A DNA stretch of 64,000 bases from Ylistrum balloti (taxonomy: Eukaryota), in assembly GCF_031769215.1 (NCBI RefSeq), contig NW_026781890.1, forward strand, positions 1,426,001 to 1,490,000, written 5' to 3'. Below the pieces are notes generated by a model. It was not told the origin of the DNA, did no database searches, and saw only the letters and a list, made by a program, of their open reading frames with translations. Numbering within the stretch: the first letter of the stretch is position 1; each line of letters opens with the position of its first letter. The position numbers and the translations under genes were made by a program. Below, one piece after another: positions 38,550-53,570 of the stretch.

Positions 38550-41052
38550 AACTTGAAAAAATGACTTTTTCAACAGTTTCTCAGGTAAAAAAAGTTTTCT
38601 TGAAAGAAAAAAACAACAATTATTATTAAATTATCTAGGCCGTTATCTACAGTATAGGCTAAAAAAGGAGAACCGGTAAAGGTTTGAGTAAAGTTAATAT
38701 ATTTCACGAAAGTCGACTAAGAAGAGAATCATTATCTAATAAGTAGTATTCTGACAAGGTATGGGTTAACCAAAAATCCACTTGAATTTTAATTTGCGAA
38801 CTTTTATCATTTTTACAAATGTCATTGATTTGTATGTATGAAATGGAAGTAACCTGACAACAACAATGAACATAGCCTAGATATGTAGATAGAGCCTAGA
38901 GGTAGTTGTTGAAAACCAGTTAGGTCAAAATAGTCACTTTGCATAAAGGACATGCCTGAGCATCAACAGATTGTAGTGGACTTATTTCATCTAACTCCTG
39001 TACTATGTAATAATTTTTAATCATACAATTCTACATTCAGTTGTGAGTAGTGTAACAAGATATATCTATTAGTTCAGTGATATCATCAAATAAGATCTTG
39101 TACCATCATTAAAAGCAATCTAGTAGCTACATCTAAATGAATGATAAGTGCATCATTCCAAGTTGCAATGCAAGTTTAAAAGACAGTGACAAAACCCAAA
39201 AATTGCCCAGGAGTCTTGCATAATAGTTTGCTGAAATCTTTGCTCATAGAAGAGGGCTTATCAGTGGAGACCGATAGCAAGATTTGCGAAAGATGTTCTA
39301 CAAAGTATCTAAAAAAACAAAACTAGATACAAACAATGACAAACAACAATATATTGAAGCCCCAAAACACCAATATGGCAGTACAGGAACATGTCTCATT
39401 CCGGCTGTCATGCACGGACTGGCTGCTTACTGGAACAGTTCAGGATGGTGTTTGTGTAGGACATATGTGAATCAGCACTATTAGTTGTTGGCCAGAATTT
39501 GCCAGATTTACTCCTCTACTTTTGGACAAAATTAAATTTCCAATTGATCATGGAATGAAATGAAATAAATCTGTCCCAAACCTCACTCATTCCATAGATT
39601 TTTTTCACAAAATTTAAGATATTTTGATCATAATAATTGTGCCTATATTCCTTAGAACTGCCAATATCTCACGCGAAGATGCCTTTGCACACAGCTTTCA
39701 CATAATAACATTTTATGGGGGAAAAGTCAGCATCATATTGGATGGTACATATATTTACTTATAAACAAGAGTAATGACCATCAATTCAAGAGGGATTCCT
39801 ATGGAGGACAGAAAAAACGCAACTTCTTGAAAATCATATCCATTGTATTGGATGTATATGTTTTGGGCACTATTGACCCTTGCTATGGAAGCATGGATGA
39901 TGTAGCATTAACGAAGCGCATTATTTAGCATTTTAATGTTCTTTAGGGTTGGATGCATGGCACTGACAATGTCATTGTAGACAGATGTGTAAGGTACATT
40001 TAAGATGTCCTGGTAGACTAAGGGTATGATGTAAAACTACCATCAGTCTTGCCAACTCGCAAGTCACAAACTGCCACAGTACAAGCAAACAATGTTTATT
40101 TGTGCACAAAATCTAGATGGGTGGTTGAACGGTCCACGGTCGTTTAAAGAGGTGTTTTTTTCAGGGACCAACTACCATCCGATTACTTCATCCAAGTTAT
40201 TGACAAGCTGGTCCTCATTGTTACAGCATGCCTGAACTGCTTCAGGGGACCAATATATCAACCTGACGTAGACCGGGAGCAGGGAGAGATCAAGATGGCA
40301 AAACACATACTTGCACGTATGAAACAATCTCTCCTTGCAAAGAGGGTTGAGAACGATCCATACATGTCGTCCACAGAGCAAATTCAGAGTGGAAGAAGCT
40401 AAAAGCATCCAAGATTCCATTTCCTTAGTTAAATATTGAATACCTAAAGACGATTGCATGCTGCAAATGTTAAATCAAGCAGCCGCATGGTTACATTTAT
40501 GAGCACCAAACAGAATTTACTGACTATAAAGTGTACCAGCATGCAGATGATCTAGCTTGTGGACAGATTCATTCAGGTCACAAGTCTCAAACCAAATATC
40601 GTGTTTGGATCAGTTTGACGTAAATGATCAACGATCCTGTGAAATGATACTGTTGCATGTGTCCTGCAGGCAAGAAAACATTTGGTATGTGTGCTCATGT
40701 TGTCACGATTCTTTAATATTTAAGACATTACATGCACATGGACAGGTCAAAACCCTTCATTTGCAGCAAATTCGAAAATAACATTTTGTGAAGAACTGTT
40801 ATAGATATATTATGCAAGGATCGTTTAGATGCCTCTAAAACAGTGTTATCTCCTGACCATGCAATTTCTTGAAATATAGTAATTTTGCTCGATTCTTTAA
40901 ACAGGTAGTTTTGCTAGTTCCCATTTTTTTCTGAAATTTTCACTGTATACACTACAGCTACAGGTACACTGGCCAAGGAAATAGTTTTTGTTCTTTCAAG
41001 AAAACCTCTTCTTATATGAGAAACTGTTGAAAAAATGTAATTTGTTCAAGTT
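38550..41052 (+). mobile_element. Degenerate PHIS-type (PIF/Harbinger-ISL2EU-like) DNA transposon
   Basis: Imperfect ~65-bp inverted repeats at 38550-38615 and 40984-41052 (core TTTTTCAACAGTTTCTC..GTTTTCTTGAAAGAA) flank a transposase pseudogene; true termini and TSD not located. Confidence 0.8.
39137..40730 (+). pseudogene. DDE_Tnp_4-type transposase with Cys-rich N-terminus and C-terminal SWIM finger; many stops and frameshifts
   Basis: Hand translation: IILDGTYIY (D at 39741), KRDSYGGQKKRNFLKI, NVIVDR (D at 39980), KSRWVVER/HGRLK (E at 40127), and DPVK*YCCMCPAGKKTFGMCAHVVTIL*YL (CxC..CxH) at 40633-40730. Confidence 0.85.
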
Positions 41053-42229
41053 AGAGATTGTTAATTTTTATGAATTAACAATACTAATATATATACTTTT
41101 GTCATGGACACTTGCAGCAGAATATGCGTTTTCCTAACGAACATCTTATGACAATATCCACCATTGCTTTTTACAGATGTTTTGAAAACACACTTAGACC
41201 CGTCGAACCTAAACAAAATTGGCAATAGATTGAAACAATTTTGACTTTACCAGGTCTCGATTTTCTTGAAATCTTCACTAAATGTTTTTGACATAAAGGG
41301 CCATATAACGTATAAAGATTTTGGTGCACTCAAACTGGAAGTACATGTTTCACTTCTTTGAAAAAAATACTTTTCAATTTGGAACTATATATTTTTTTTA
41401 TTTTGCAATACTTTGATACATATTTACCACCAAATTATCAAACAAATTTATCAGTGTTAATCAACAAACAAATGTCATTTGTGTAACACTATTTTCACTC
41501 GCCTCTGCTTTATCATTGTCTACTTCAAATGCGTTGATTGTATAGATGTTTCTATAACTGCTAATTACAGTGGATATATTTTCTTTTGTTTACATATTTA
41601 CAAATAATAATTGCGCATTAACATCCTTTGTGTACGTGATAGTTTTTCTGACGTTGATGTAATGAACACGTGTAACAGTCTGTAAGTCCATCCTTACATA
41701 AAACATGTTCATTGATACAGGTTAGGACATACATATATGAACATCCTTGTAAACATATCAGACACAGATGATACGTAAACACACCAATCAATTTCCTGTC
41801 AATTTTGTCAGGCCCCGGCAAAATGCATGTATCGAACCAGAGGAAACACGTTTTTGTATTGTTTACTTTCAGTCGATTACATTAAAATATTTAAAGTATT
41901 GAAGTACCTGTTTGGTAGAGCATTTTAACAATCAATGTAATGGTATTTATCAGTTCTCCTATATGTGTAGGATGTAGAAATATATCAATATGAGATGGGC
42001 TTTCTGGCTGAGTTCCCTTATAGTGTTGTGTTCTATAAATCAAATCTTACACAATGTTTGTGGACCTCTAGGGACCTTCAGAATTGAAACATTTTCGAGG
42101 TCGATAGAAACGTCTATGTGGAGCGGCAGGTTACACATTAAAGCGGGTATAAATCACCCATTTAATGCCAAAGCGCGTGGCATGTATTCCTCCGAGGGTT
42201 GTGATCAGGCTAGATTATCCCTCCCTAGC

Positions 42230-42285
42230 GTCGTCACAGATCACGTGATCCGCCCGGATGACAATGAGCAGATGACGTAAAGCGT
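42230..42285. promoter_or_regulatory. Compact promoter-like motif cluster in a CpG-rich patch
   Basis: Palindrome GATCACGTGATC (E-box, 42239-42250), CCGCCC GC-box directly after, TGACGTAA (42273-42280); no downstream gene identified. Confidence 0.25.
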
Positions 42286-45200
42286 CTCGAGGTACTACTT
42301 TATTGGACTACTTTATCGGTGTTTCACAGCTAGCGAGCTTGGCTTATGCGTCGGCACCCCCCCCCCTCCTCACCCTCGGATAGTCGGCTGTCTACCGCCT
42401 ACAGTAACGATAATCTATAAGATGTCACTCCTTCTACTCCTCCTCCATAGCCACCATCTTTATTGTATATGCATACTTCTTAGTACATGGTGACGTAATA
42501 ATACTTTTATATATAGCATACGTTGTTCCATAATCACATTATCTATCAGAAATTGTATTGCAGTTTTCGTTTCTATTTCATTTGATATTATATAATTCTA
42601 TTGATTTTGTTCATTTATTGTTTTGGTTAAAAGGCCTTATTTAATCATGTGTTGGGAAAAAACAAAAAAAAAAAAAACAAAAAAAAACAGAAATAGTGTT
42701 TAAATACGTATTTGTCGTCAGGTGTTACCAGATAGGGTGTGACATTCAGTAGATTTGGTAATCTCAAGGGATGTCTTTGTTTTAGTGCATTGACTAACAT
42801 CATCACTGCAGTCACGATCAGTATTAAAAGACACATCAAAAGGAATCCAATCTCATGAACAAAACACATTAAGAAACCAATTAATTTGTCCTATCAAATT
42901 TGCCCATTTGGCTGGTCTCGCTAACTTGACATTCTCGTGAGATCTCGCGTTGTGTTGACTGCTCTGTATCGAGTTTACATTACACCGGTGTCTTCAATGA
43001 CAGGTATATGAGTTGGCGTCAATTCCGTTAAAGTGTTAAAGTTAGGCTAATTACTAAAGAATTGATGTAGACTATTTAAAAACGATTATAACATATAAAG
43101 GGAGCCAGTATTATGCTGAGCTGTAACTAGACAAAGTTGATAATACAACAAGGATTGCATGTTTATCAATTGTATCCAACCATACATAATAAGTAGAGCT
43201 TTTGAAATCTGAAGATAACTATACTTGGCACGCGCGACCCGTCACGTCATTCAATTTCCTGCTGCAAAGATGGCACTGTTTATTTTCGTCTCTAATCACC
43301 TCATTAACACATGGTAGAAATTGTAGAAATCTGAACGTTTTGTATCCGCAGCGACAAATGGATGACAACAAAATTCACACGGTGACTGGTAATTTAGGCC
43401 ATCATGTGGCAACTATGCAAACACATGCGGACGAACGGCTCTGATTCAGATCTCTGTAATAACATGTACCGAGGTCTTCACCAACATCATCTCACGCGGT
43501 TTAATTTCAGCAGCGTTGTCTTTCAACAATTTTATTTCGTTCATTTCACGAAACAATATTCAACGAAATAGGATGTTTTTACAAAATTGACAGCAATTGC
43601 TTAAGGAAACAAAATTGATTGTAATCATAGCGTTTCTTTAATTTGCTCCAAGGAACATGAAGATTACAAAACAGATTTATTTATAGAAATTAATTAGGAC
43701 GAGGATAATCTCAACTCAGCGCCTGACAGAGGCAGACATTACTAATCAAGTGGATATTTCGAAACAAAATTTCTCCCAAGATTCTGCTGACTACTAGAGC
43801 ACAGAAAAATATGTAGGATGATAAGTACAACATTGATAATCCAAAGATGTGAGGTTTTCTTAAATATGAAATTGAATTATTCTTAAAGGTTGTGCAGCTG
43901 CTCGGTCAGCCAGCATTCTGCCTGTAATATAACTCTTATCTCCAAGGGCCTCCGTTAATTCCACAATTATGTTATTTGTTTTTATTACCCCATAAAATTA
44001 CAGGGGCAAAGAAAAAACCTAGCATAATTAACTTATGTAATACACATGGCCATTCTCCCATTATCATATTTGAAGCTCTTGACAATCAGAATCTTGATTG
44101 AACTTACCCGTAATATTGTTATTTACAAATATGAATATATACCAGAATAGTTCAACAGAATCTTACGAGGGCAAAACATCAGGGACAGAACAATTGAAAC
44201 AGGGATCCCAGAAAAGTACTAAGAAAACGATAGCTTCTTCTTCCTCGTCAACGCCCACCAAGCAGCTATAAGTGAAACCGTTTAAGTAATGCTATGTTCT
44301 CTACTGAGAAAACGGTTTGCATCAACGGAACCTCTAGGCATACTATAGAGCACTGAACATGTCCGACTTCAGATTGCAAGAGAAAATCGAGATCATAAAC
44401 ATAACAATAAAACATGATAATCTTCCTCAACCTGCATCTCTCGAAACCTTTTGTTGTGATTTTATCTGTCATCCGACACGAATAGCATGATACTGAGAAT
44501 AATCCCTTGTGTTACGAGTACACCGCGATTGTTAACACCATCTAATAACAGATAAATATCGTACTTAGCTTACAACTTGGTGGAAATCTGGTTTTGTTGT
44601 ATAGGAAAACATCGAACAAGCGTTCCATATCGTTGGGTCATTTATTGCCTATTATAGCTGGTGTGAACGATGGACATGGTCAATGAATTGTCTTGGTAGC
44701 TGATAAGATCTCGTCAAAATAACATGTGTCAATAAGATGAAAATGAAAGGTGTGATAAGACAATGTGCCTTGTTTTGATAAGCTATCAAAAACGCAGCCG
44801 TTTATGAAAACTAAATGTGTCATCTTAGAGCGGGTCAAAGAAGGTACCTCGTTATATGACAGATTTAAGTATGTGAGGAAATCTGATCACCAATTAAATT
44901 ATGTACAGCAATATACTTATCGCCGTTCAATGTTCTCCGAGAGAAATCCGTAACCAGACATTCTTTCAATCTGGAGTAGAATACGGTAGTGTGCAGATTC
45001 GGAAATTTGAAAAAATCTGCGTATTATATATACTTTTTTAAGGGGTGAGTGTTCAAGATTGGTCAAACGCTTTTGGATTTCTTTCAGGATTCACATACCA
45101 TTGATCACACCTCTAGAGTAAACTGTATCATAGTAATGGTAGCACATGTAGAATTCAGTAAAAGTGATGAAAATCTAAACGAGTCAGCAACTAAACGGTT

Positions 45201-47449
45201 GTTATGGGTTATTTAGGATTTAGGAATCCAATATGAACGAGTGGGATACGTATCTTTATAATTAATTGTCCATCTGAATTATATTAAGACTAAAGCATAA
45301 TTAGGCAGACCGGATACTATGCAGACAGGATTCGATCTATCATCATCTTATATTTATGTACGAAAACATGTATCCACACAAGGCATTAGCTATTTATTTA
45401 TCTGCAGGAGCATTATCATAATTATGCAAATCAATTCATATTTGGGGGAGAGTGAAACACGAAAACTGTTCATATGCTTGTTTAAGTATACAATCGTGTC
45501 ATTAATTTCTGATCACACTTGATATTAACAAGTAAAATCAATAGCTACTTTACTGATGTTTATAAACAACATGTAATGTAAATGTATTCAACTGCATATA
45601 AGTACTACTATGAAAAATTCACAAAATAAAACCTTCAAGGAATGACGCCTTTCTGTCATACTCCTCTACAATGCTCGCCCGTGTTATTTCCTGTATGATG
45701 GGAAAGGCTACTGTCACTTGTAACAAAGTCGTAAGTGAATATTACCTAATATCTCGGAAACATAAACCGAAACAAATATATATAATCTACCAAAGTGAAC
45801 AATTCACTACAATACGTAATTAGATATCAAATTGAAATCAAATCCGTTTCCATAGAGATTGTCTTTGTTGACATATACTAAATACAGGTTGTTTCATTTC
45901 CAATAAAATAAAAGTGATTAAACTATTTTCAAACATCATTGAATTTCTTTTCAAAACTGAAAGTGAAAAGATTTGTTAACTTTATAAATATAAGTTGGTT
46001 ATGGAAGGAGTTATAGACGAAGCAATTTGACGTATGTGAAATCCTTTGCTGTCAGTGGACTACAAATGAAAAGATAAAGAAACATATGTCTGCATGGCAA
46101 TGGCACTTTATACGTACATTACATAAACAAAAGTGTGATTTCGTCTGCTGCTATAGATGGATATGTGTTTCATACATTTCTCCTTCCCTGGTACATACTG
46201 CTTATTTAGTAATTGTTTTGGAGTGTTTTCGTAAAATCTGTGGTACATTTGTTATCACATTTGCTAAGTTTTTATTCGTGTCAATAGTGGAATGGGTTGA
46301 TAAATACACGTATGTTTGATGATCATTTAAAAATGACCTAATATCAGATATTACAAGGTTTATAAAATTACTCATATCTTAACTGCAAATGATGTTTGTT
46401 TCTTAAATCGCTGACTGAAAGTCCTGTTGTAGGGCCCCTACGAAGGAGTTCTTAGGGAAACAATTTGTTTTGATAACACATTCCAAAATATACATGGAAT
46501 GGCATATTACTTACATATTTTGCTTTGTTACCATTACAGCTCCACCAATTACTAATTTGGATTGAAAATTGTATTAAGTGATACCAGTGGCCACTGGTAT
46601 CCTCATGATAAAATATTTTTAGTCTTACCATAAACATGCTTTAGCAAAATGAATTAGTTTTAAATAGCTTATGTCAATATTTATTTATCTAATACATGAA
46701 AATGGGTGGCATATATGTATATGTTTTTTCTATTTGGTCTAAATTTGGAAAGTTTATTTGGAATCGTATATAAACTACCAATTAGGATCAATTAAAGTGT
46801 TTTAGAAACTTCTTTGGTATCCTTGTGAAATATCATGAAGATATCAAGATAAATTGTGTCAGACCAGTGAATGTGATTAACAAGTTTATCTCCCCTAGCC
46901 CCCGAAATAAACCTTAATGAGAAAATGTTTGTTTTACCAACGCATGGATAAACTAAAATCCCTAGATGAGGTGGGTGATGCTACATGATTTATGAAATAC
47001 ATAAAAAAAAAACGGTGGGAGACGGGAAGAATTGTTCATTAACTTTGCCGAAATGTGTTTCTGTTAAACAAAAGTCCGAATACAGATATTTGAAAGGGTT
47101 TTGAATTGACTTGATCAATAAGAGTTATATCAATTTTTATTTCTACGACCCCTTAAATTAATGGAAAAATATAAAACCATATTTGTTTACACAAGTACAA
47201 CTAGTAGAACTAGAACACACTTTGAAATCAAAGCATTTATGCATTTTGTCAGTCATTCAACATTCAGTAATTGGTTTCATTCACTGCTTTTTACAATGCA
47301 TATCTTTCCAAAATTTAATAAATATTGTCAAAATGCTCAAAGTTCATATATTGTTGCCCGTATAAAAGGCAATTTCTTTATTTTTATAGGAATGGGGTGA
47401 TCTCTCCCTGATTTTTCATCAAATTAGGACAAACGTATTAATGACTAGT

Positions 47450-47930
47450 TACACTGTATCTTATTTTTAAATTTCACTCTTCTACATAAGCCAACTATCT
47501 CTTTTGGACAGCTTACACCAAACTGTATGACAAGCATGATTAATTAAATTTCCCTATTGTAAATTTTCCCTTTCTGAATAGTGACAGCTCTCTATCCCCA
47601 AACGGTGTTTACGTGTCGTAGTTGATGGATATTCAAGGGCCATTCCGATTATCACGGTTTTCGTGAAAGAAGTCAAACTTGTAACACAGAGTATCAAAAG
47701 TTGCAGGTTAATGAAATTTTATGGTCGTCATTGTGATTTCATTAAGAAATATCCTATGTCTTTGTGCGATATGAATCTGGACATGTTTACTGCTCGTTAC
47801 GTTGCCTAGTGGTTGATACATTGATCTGTTTTGAGAACATGACATAACTTACTTGGTTTGACCAAGGTTGCCATGGCTGGTGTCAATGAAACTGTAGACG
47901 CCTACCCTTCCACAACCAATAGTCTTATTA
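47450..47930 (+). mobile_element. Penelope-like retroelement 3' fragment (RT thumb plus 3' tail)
   Basis: KLYDKHD*LNFPIVNFPFLNS..GVYVS..MKFYGRHCDFIKKY; tail motif GAGAACATGACATAACTTACTTG shared with the minus-strand copies. Confidence 0.8.
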
Positions 47931-50900
47931 CTCTTGTACTTTTCATGAGTCTCCGTGTAATTATTTCTTTTCTTCATATTTCCCCGTGATTTTACTGAAT
48001 TTGTGTTTGGAATATGATTATGTTGGCATATTGGTATTTTGTTTTTATCTGAAGGTGACATTCACATGCATGCTATTGTAACAGTGCTAGAAGTGTGATG
48101 AAGTATTCGACATTTCCCATATCGATCTTTTAGGCTTGTCATATCGGTGTTTGTTTAGTAATATTGGAGTACCACTTAGGTTACTATCATCGGGTCATGA
48201 TGGTCAATATGTTATAATAAAACGATTCAAAACTTACTTGTGGGAAATTCATTCTGACAATGATGTTAAATGTTCGCTTGTTTGGTAATAAAATTATCTG
48301 TCTTCTTTAATGGTTATTGTCCTTTGTGATATTGATTTTGACCATGTAAACGACCTACCAAGTACATTGACGTACATTCTGTAATACTATCAAGTATCAT
48401 ACCTACTGATATATATTTTTTGTGTGTAGATAAACATCTGAATAAAAAGAAATATACTTTGAGACCTTACATCCTTATTATTTTGAAGGGTTTGTGTATT
48501 AGCTTTCTAACTAACGTTTGATAATGAAGGAAACATTCTCGTATACTATGGGTGTAAAATTCTACTTATTTTACAACAATTATGTACCTTAAATCACCCA
48601 AGAGAGCTACAATATAGTTATGTCGGGTTACACTGTGTCTCCATTTGTGTGGTATATAGTAAGCTGATGTTGGTTTATTTGACATTAAACCGTCATTGTA
48701 CGGTACGTGTAATGGCAGTATTCTATCTTTTGACAGCATGACGTCACTTGTACAAAATGTATTGATATTTGAAGTGAACGTTATGCGATAGCGTGACGTT
48801 TGATGTGTTCTGTATACGTCATGGGATTGTGGCCACAACCGACTCTGTCTGGTATAATGGTTTACTGAGTATGTCGGGCTAAGTTAAGGGATCCCACGGG
48901 CCCATGACGATCAAATCTATTAATATAAAAGAACGTCAATCAATATTTCCGATCCAACAAACATAGCCCGAGGGATATACGCATACCATGATGGCGTTGT
49001 CGGTACGGACCGTATGCCTAATGAATGCTTATGTATAACTACTTGGACACCTCTAAACTCTTTGTTTTACTGGACATACTAGCAGTACCCGGCATGCGAC
49101 GTAGAAGCTACAGGAGATACATGCCATCGTTATATTGCATGTTGTGCTTGATATCACAATTTTATCAACATTTCTTCAGTTATGCTTTACATTGCTGTAC
49201 GTCACATCAGCAGCTATAGTTTTTTTCCATATTTATGCCCCAATATATATATAAGTTTATGCATTAAGATGAATGATAGTTATATATTTGAACTAGTTCT
49301 TACTCTTTGATCAACAAGAAATAGATTTGCAAGAAGAGTCACCCCATGTTGAGGTGACACATGACAACTACACCTAAGTGACTTCACTGATATCGCTGAA
49401 AAAAGAAGTGCAATTAAAGTGAGACCAAGTATTCCGGAAAGGAAAGCGTATTTTGCTTCATTGATAGACGCCACGTAAATATCGCTTTATCCTTGGTAAA
49501 TAGTGCCTCGGTCCCATGTGAGAACAGGTCAGTCAACAACGGAACCACCATGTATTCGTGAAGAACAGTATCTGTTCCGTTTAACTGATTTCGTTTTATT
49601 GTAAGTTTTTGCGGATCGTTATAGATTAGATATCGAACCTTTGACTGTAAGCCGACATGAAACTATATCATAACATCCAACAACGACGGCGGGCATCAGG
49701 TCTTCCGGAAAAGTAACCGTTGCAATGCATCATTTGTTATTACAACAATGTGTGATGTCTGCCATCATGTTAGGAATCATTCCTTCGTAGTAGTTTGAAA
49801 ATCAAATTCCATGATTAATTCTGTTCAATATTTCCTCAAAATAGTAGCATATTCTGATAAAACCGCCAGCTGCGTGAATGTTTTCTACATTGTTTTTATC
49901 ATGTTTTAAAGGCCTAAAGGTTATACATCTCTTGAGAGTTTGCGTGATCTGATGATATTTGGACCGGGGTCCTATAGTATATATACCATGAAGTAGAAAT
50001 TTATGTTATACTGAGGAAAGAAAAAATCAAAGTAAAGTCGATCGTCGAAAAGACCACCCTTTTTACTGGAGTTGAGACTATATATAAGGGTCAAAAGAGA
50101 ATAACGGTTATCGATTGACAAAATCAGCTAATCTATTCGTCAAGTGGATAATACTACCGAATGGTAGACTGAAGACCAATAAAATGTCCAGGATATTATG
50201 GACAAAGGCGAATCTCTAACACATTTCTGACTCAATACCAGACAACCGTCTGAAGAAGTCACATTGGAAACAATAATTTTAAAAGCACATCTCTGAAGAA
50301 ACATGGAGAACATAACATTGCCCAACTAGATAGAGTTGTGAAGCCACAATAAGAATAATTGACGCAGAGGTTTAAACTTGATTATTAACCTCACGAACTG
50401 CCGTCATATTGCTTTTATGTGTAGTCATCGAAACGTCACACTCAAATTTTCTACTGATTTATGTCATAAGGACTTTGATTCTACAAGTTGTATGTATGCG
50501 TTTTAAGAAGGCATTGATATGTGATAGACTGACATCCATATTGCACCCTTTTTTTCGTAATTCAAGATGACAACAATACTATAGTTATATTATCATTTCA
50601 AATATTAATAAAAATCATACTTTGTCTTTTATCAAATTATACGGGCTTTTATATCGGTACATTAATTTATTGGTTGTTTATTAAAATTGTTACGGGGTCC
50701 CATGAGGACGGGCGTCAATATCGACAAAAATAGTGGAAAGTACAGTACAGAAACAAAGACAACGTCGACAGGAATGATTGGAAAAGATCAAGATACAAGG
50801 CAGCTGATCAAGTTTGGTCTAAGTGGAACAAAATGTGTTATCGGAGGCGATGTGAAAGACAAGGACGAAATGATATAGTAACAGAATGACGTCCCAATAA

Positions 50901-53360
50901 ATAAGATCACGATAAACTGACTGATATTAAAATTTCTACAATGCCTTACAGTCAAGTTCTACACTGCACATCAAGTAAGGAACAGTAAGAGTACATGTTT
51001 ATGGAAACAGCATGGAAGTCATGACATTTAGAACCACCAAAAATTGCTCTATTTTCTGCAAAATGGTGAAGAATTTATATCTTTTGTAGCTCTGTGCTTT
51101 TCTCATAGATATGAATAACTGAACTATTGCTGTTTGACACATACCTGTCCCTGACCTAAATAGGTCGACATAGAGCTGACGGTTACGCATCGCATCTGCT
51201 AGTATGGAGGTAATTAGCACATCAGCAAGTCCCACGTGGAAACTTTTAATCGAACATGAAAAAAAATGTTGTGCCTTGGAGCTGGGCTGTTTCCAATTTT
51301 CTCTGATAAAATGTCAAACAATCAGATTGCTTTTGGAAGATTACAGTAAAACGGTGGATGTTTTAATGATTGTTGCCGACTATAGCTAATAATATATTCA
51401 TTAAAATATCTTAATAAACTATCTGTAGATTTTGAAAATTAAAATTTTAATTTAAAATTCAATTGCGAGAGCTATGAATGTTCTAAATGAATGTGGGCAG
51501 AAAAAAGCGAAAGTGTAAAACAAATTACATTTATAACTAAATAAGATATTTATATATAAAAAAAAATCCTTAACAAATCGAATGTTTAGGCAAATACGTC
51601 TGAGAAAGTACAAGGAGAAAACGACCAAAGAGCGGAAGTCGCTATGAAAAATGGGGAGATTAATACCACCTTAACGAACAAAATTAAACAATGAAGTGGC
51701 CGCGAATTTTTGGCAGTTTTACATAGCATAAGAAAATGGATCTGTACCAATTAGAAACTGAAAGCTACATATCTGAATCTTTTCAATAAACTTTCTCAAA
51801 CTTGTCATAGGAAGCATTTTCGAACCATTCAGTTTCACTTAAAAACAAGTCAATCAAGTTAGACCGTTGGATGAACCAGCACCACCCTCACTGGATCAGT
51901 GGTAGATCAACCTCAGGTAAAATCAAAGAACGAATGTGTTTATTAAGTTTACATATGGTACATAAGTGTGTTAAAACTGTTCATGGTTGATAACATACTG
52001 TTTGAACCATTTGTAAGTGTAGTTTTATCGACATGTCATGTTTTTGTCGTATTTACAACCACTTTAAATTAATTGTGTGTCACACATAATCCCTCTTCAT
52101 AAATACCGAATGTATCTATTAGCAAGCCATTAATACCAGGAACAAGAATTGTTCCCGGCAGTAACATACATATGTATGTTATCTTCAACATAGCGACACA
52201 CTTCCCATAAGTGCTGGCCATATTTATAAATTTCATGTATATAGTTTAAAAGCAAACGATACCATTTCAATGTAAAGAATACGATAGAGGAATAGGGTGG
52301 ATGGAACGAAATTTGTAGTATAAACAAACTTGGCTGAGTGCATGAATAATGCAGCTAAAGTAAAACTCACAATATGGATGTGTTAAACGACATCAAATGT
52401 CCAAAAACTCTGATTATAAACATTAAAACTAAAATAAACTCTTGCAAACTCAATTGTATCTGTTTTATTTATTAGACATTGTAGTTTCTGACACTGAAAA
52501 TGAGGACAAGACGACCTGCAGAATACTATTGAGGGATATTACTTTCCAGCCCTGAACGGAATATTACCCCAAAGACCACATATGAAATATATATATTTTG
52601 TAATATGTAACCTTTTTCAATTTTCATTTCTTCTTTGAATATTTAGCACCGGGAAATGTAAGCTTTCGAATTATCATTTCAAAGTTTTCTAATAGTGCAG
52701 CTTTCACGCTTAATGATTATTACTTTGTAGTGCTACCACACTGAAGGATATTGCCACAAGCAAGTAGACCGATCCGGTCACATAATGCTGATAACGATCA
52801 AACCAGTCATTGCACTACCACAATACTGAACGTTAAGCTGGGAACAGTAACTACCTTTTTACAGGATTCAGCTAGGATGGAACCTAAACATTTCCTCACA
52901 GGAGCGAACTCTCAAATAAAGGCCAAAAGTGAAACAGTGTCAAGGGAGCCATTTGGTAGAAATAGGTTTAGAAAATATATGATCCCAGCTTCTTCTTCTG
53001 ATCACGCAATGGGAGCAGCTAGTTCTATTCTTACGCCACACCTGCAGGTCAGGAATTCATGTTTGCTAAGCAGACATTGCAACAATTTCTATTTTTTAAC
53101 ATATCTTACCGGATCTCAAATGCTTTTATAATGAGTCTTACATGGATTTAACGACATATATTCGTCTTCTTGTCTTCTTTTTGAGAATACCAATAAAAAT
53201 ATTACCATTTAAAGAATATACGAAATGCAAGTATCATTTATAAATGAAAAACCATGTATTGTTCCATTATGCTGGATACCCTTAGTTACTTCAATTAACC
53301 ACTGTTATCATAATTCTGAATTCTTAACAATGTCTAAATTCAACGATGTATCTGTCTTTT

Positions 53361-53570
53361 GAATTGTTCTAGGGCAGTTTTATATAAAACAAAATGAAAT
53401 GTTGTAGGGCAGTTTTTTTATAAAAGAAATGAATTATTGTAGAGCAGTTTTATATAAAATAAATCAATTGTTGTAGGGCAGTTTGATATAAAACAAATGA
53501 ATTGTGGTCGGGCAGATTTTATATATAAGTAATGAATTGTTGTAGGGCATTTTTATATAAAACAAAAATA
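53361..53570 (+). repeat. ~34-bp minisatellite, ~6 copies
   Basis: GAATTGTTGTAGGGCAGTTTTATATAAAACAAAT repeated. Confidence 0.9.

Noticed and set aside
45038-47158. MITE bounded by TAAGGGGT..ACCCCTTA
   Set aside because: Only 8 bp of inverted match; not distinguishable from chance.
51880-51930. tRNA or tRNA-derived SINE head (GGATCAGTGGTAGATCA)
   Set aside because: A-box-like only; no B-box or cloverleaf.
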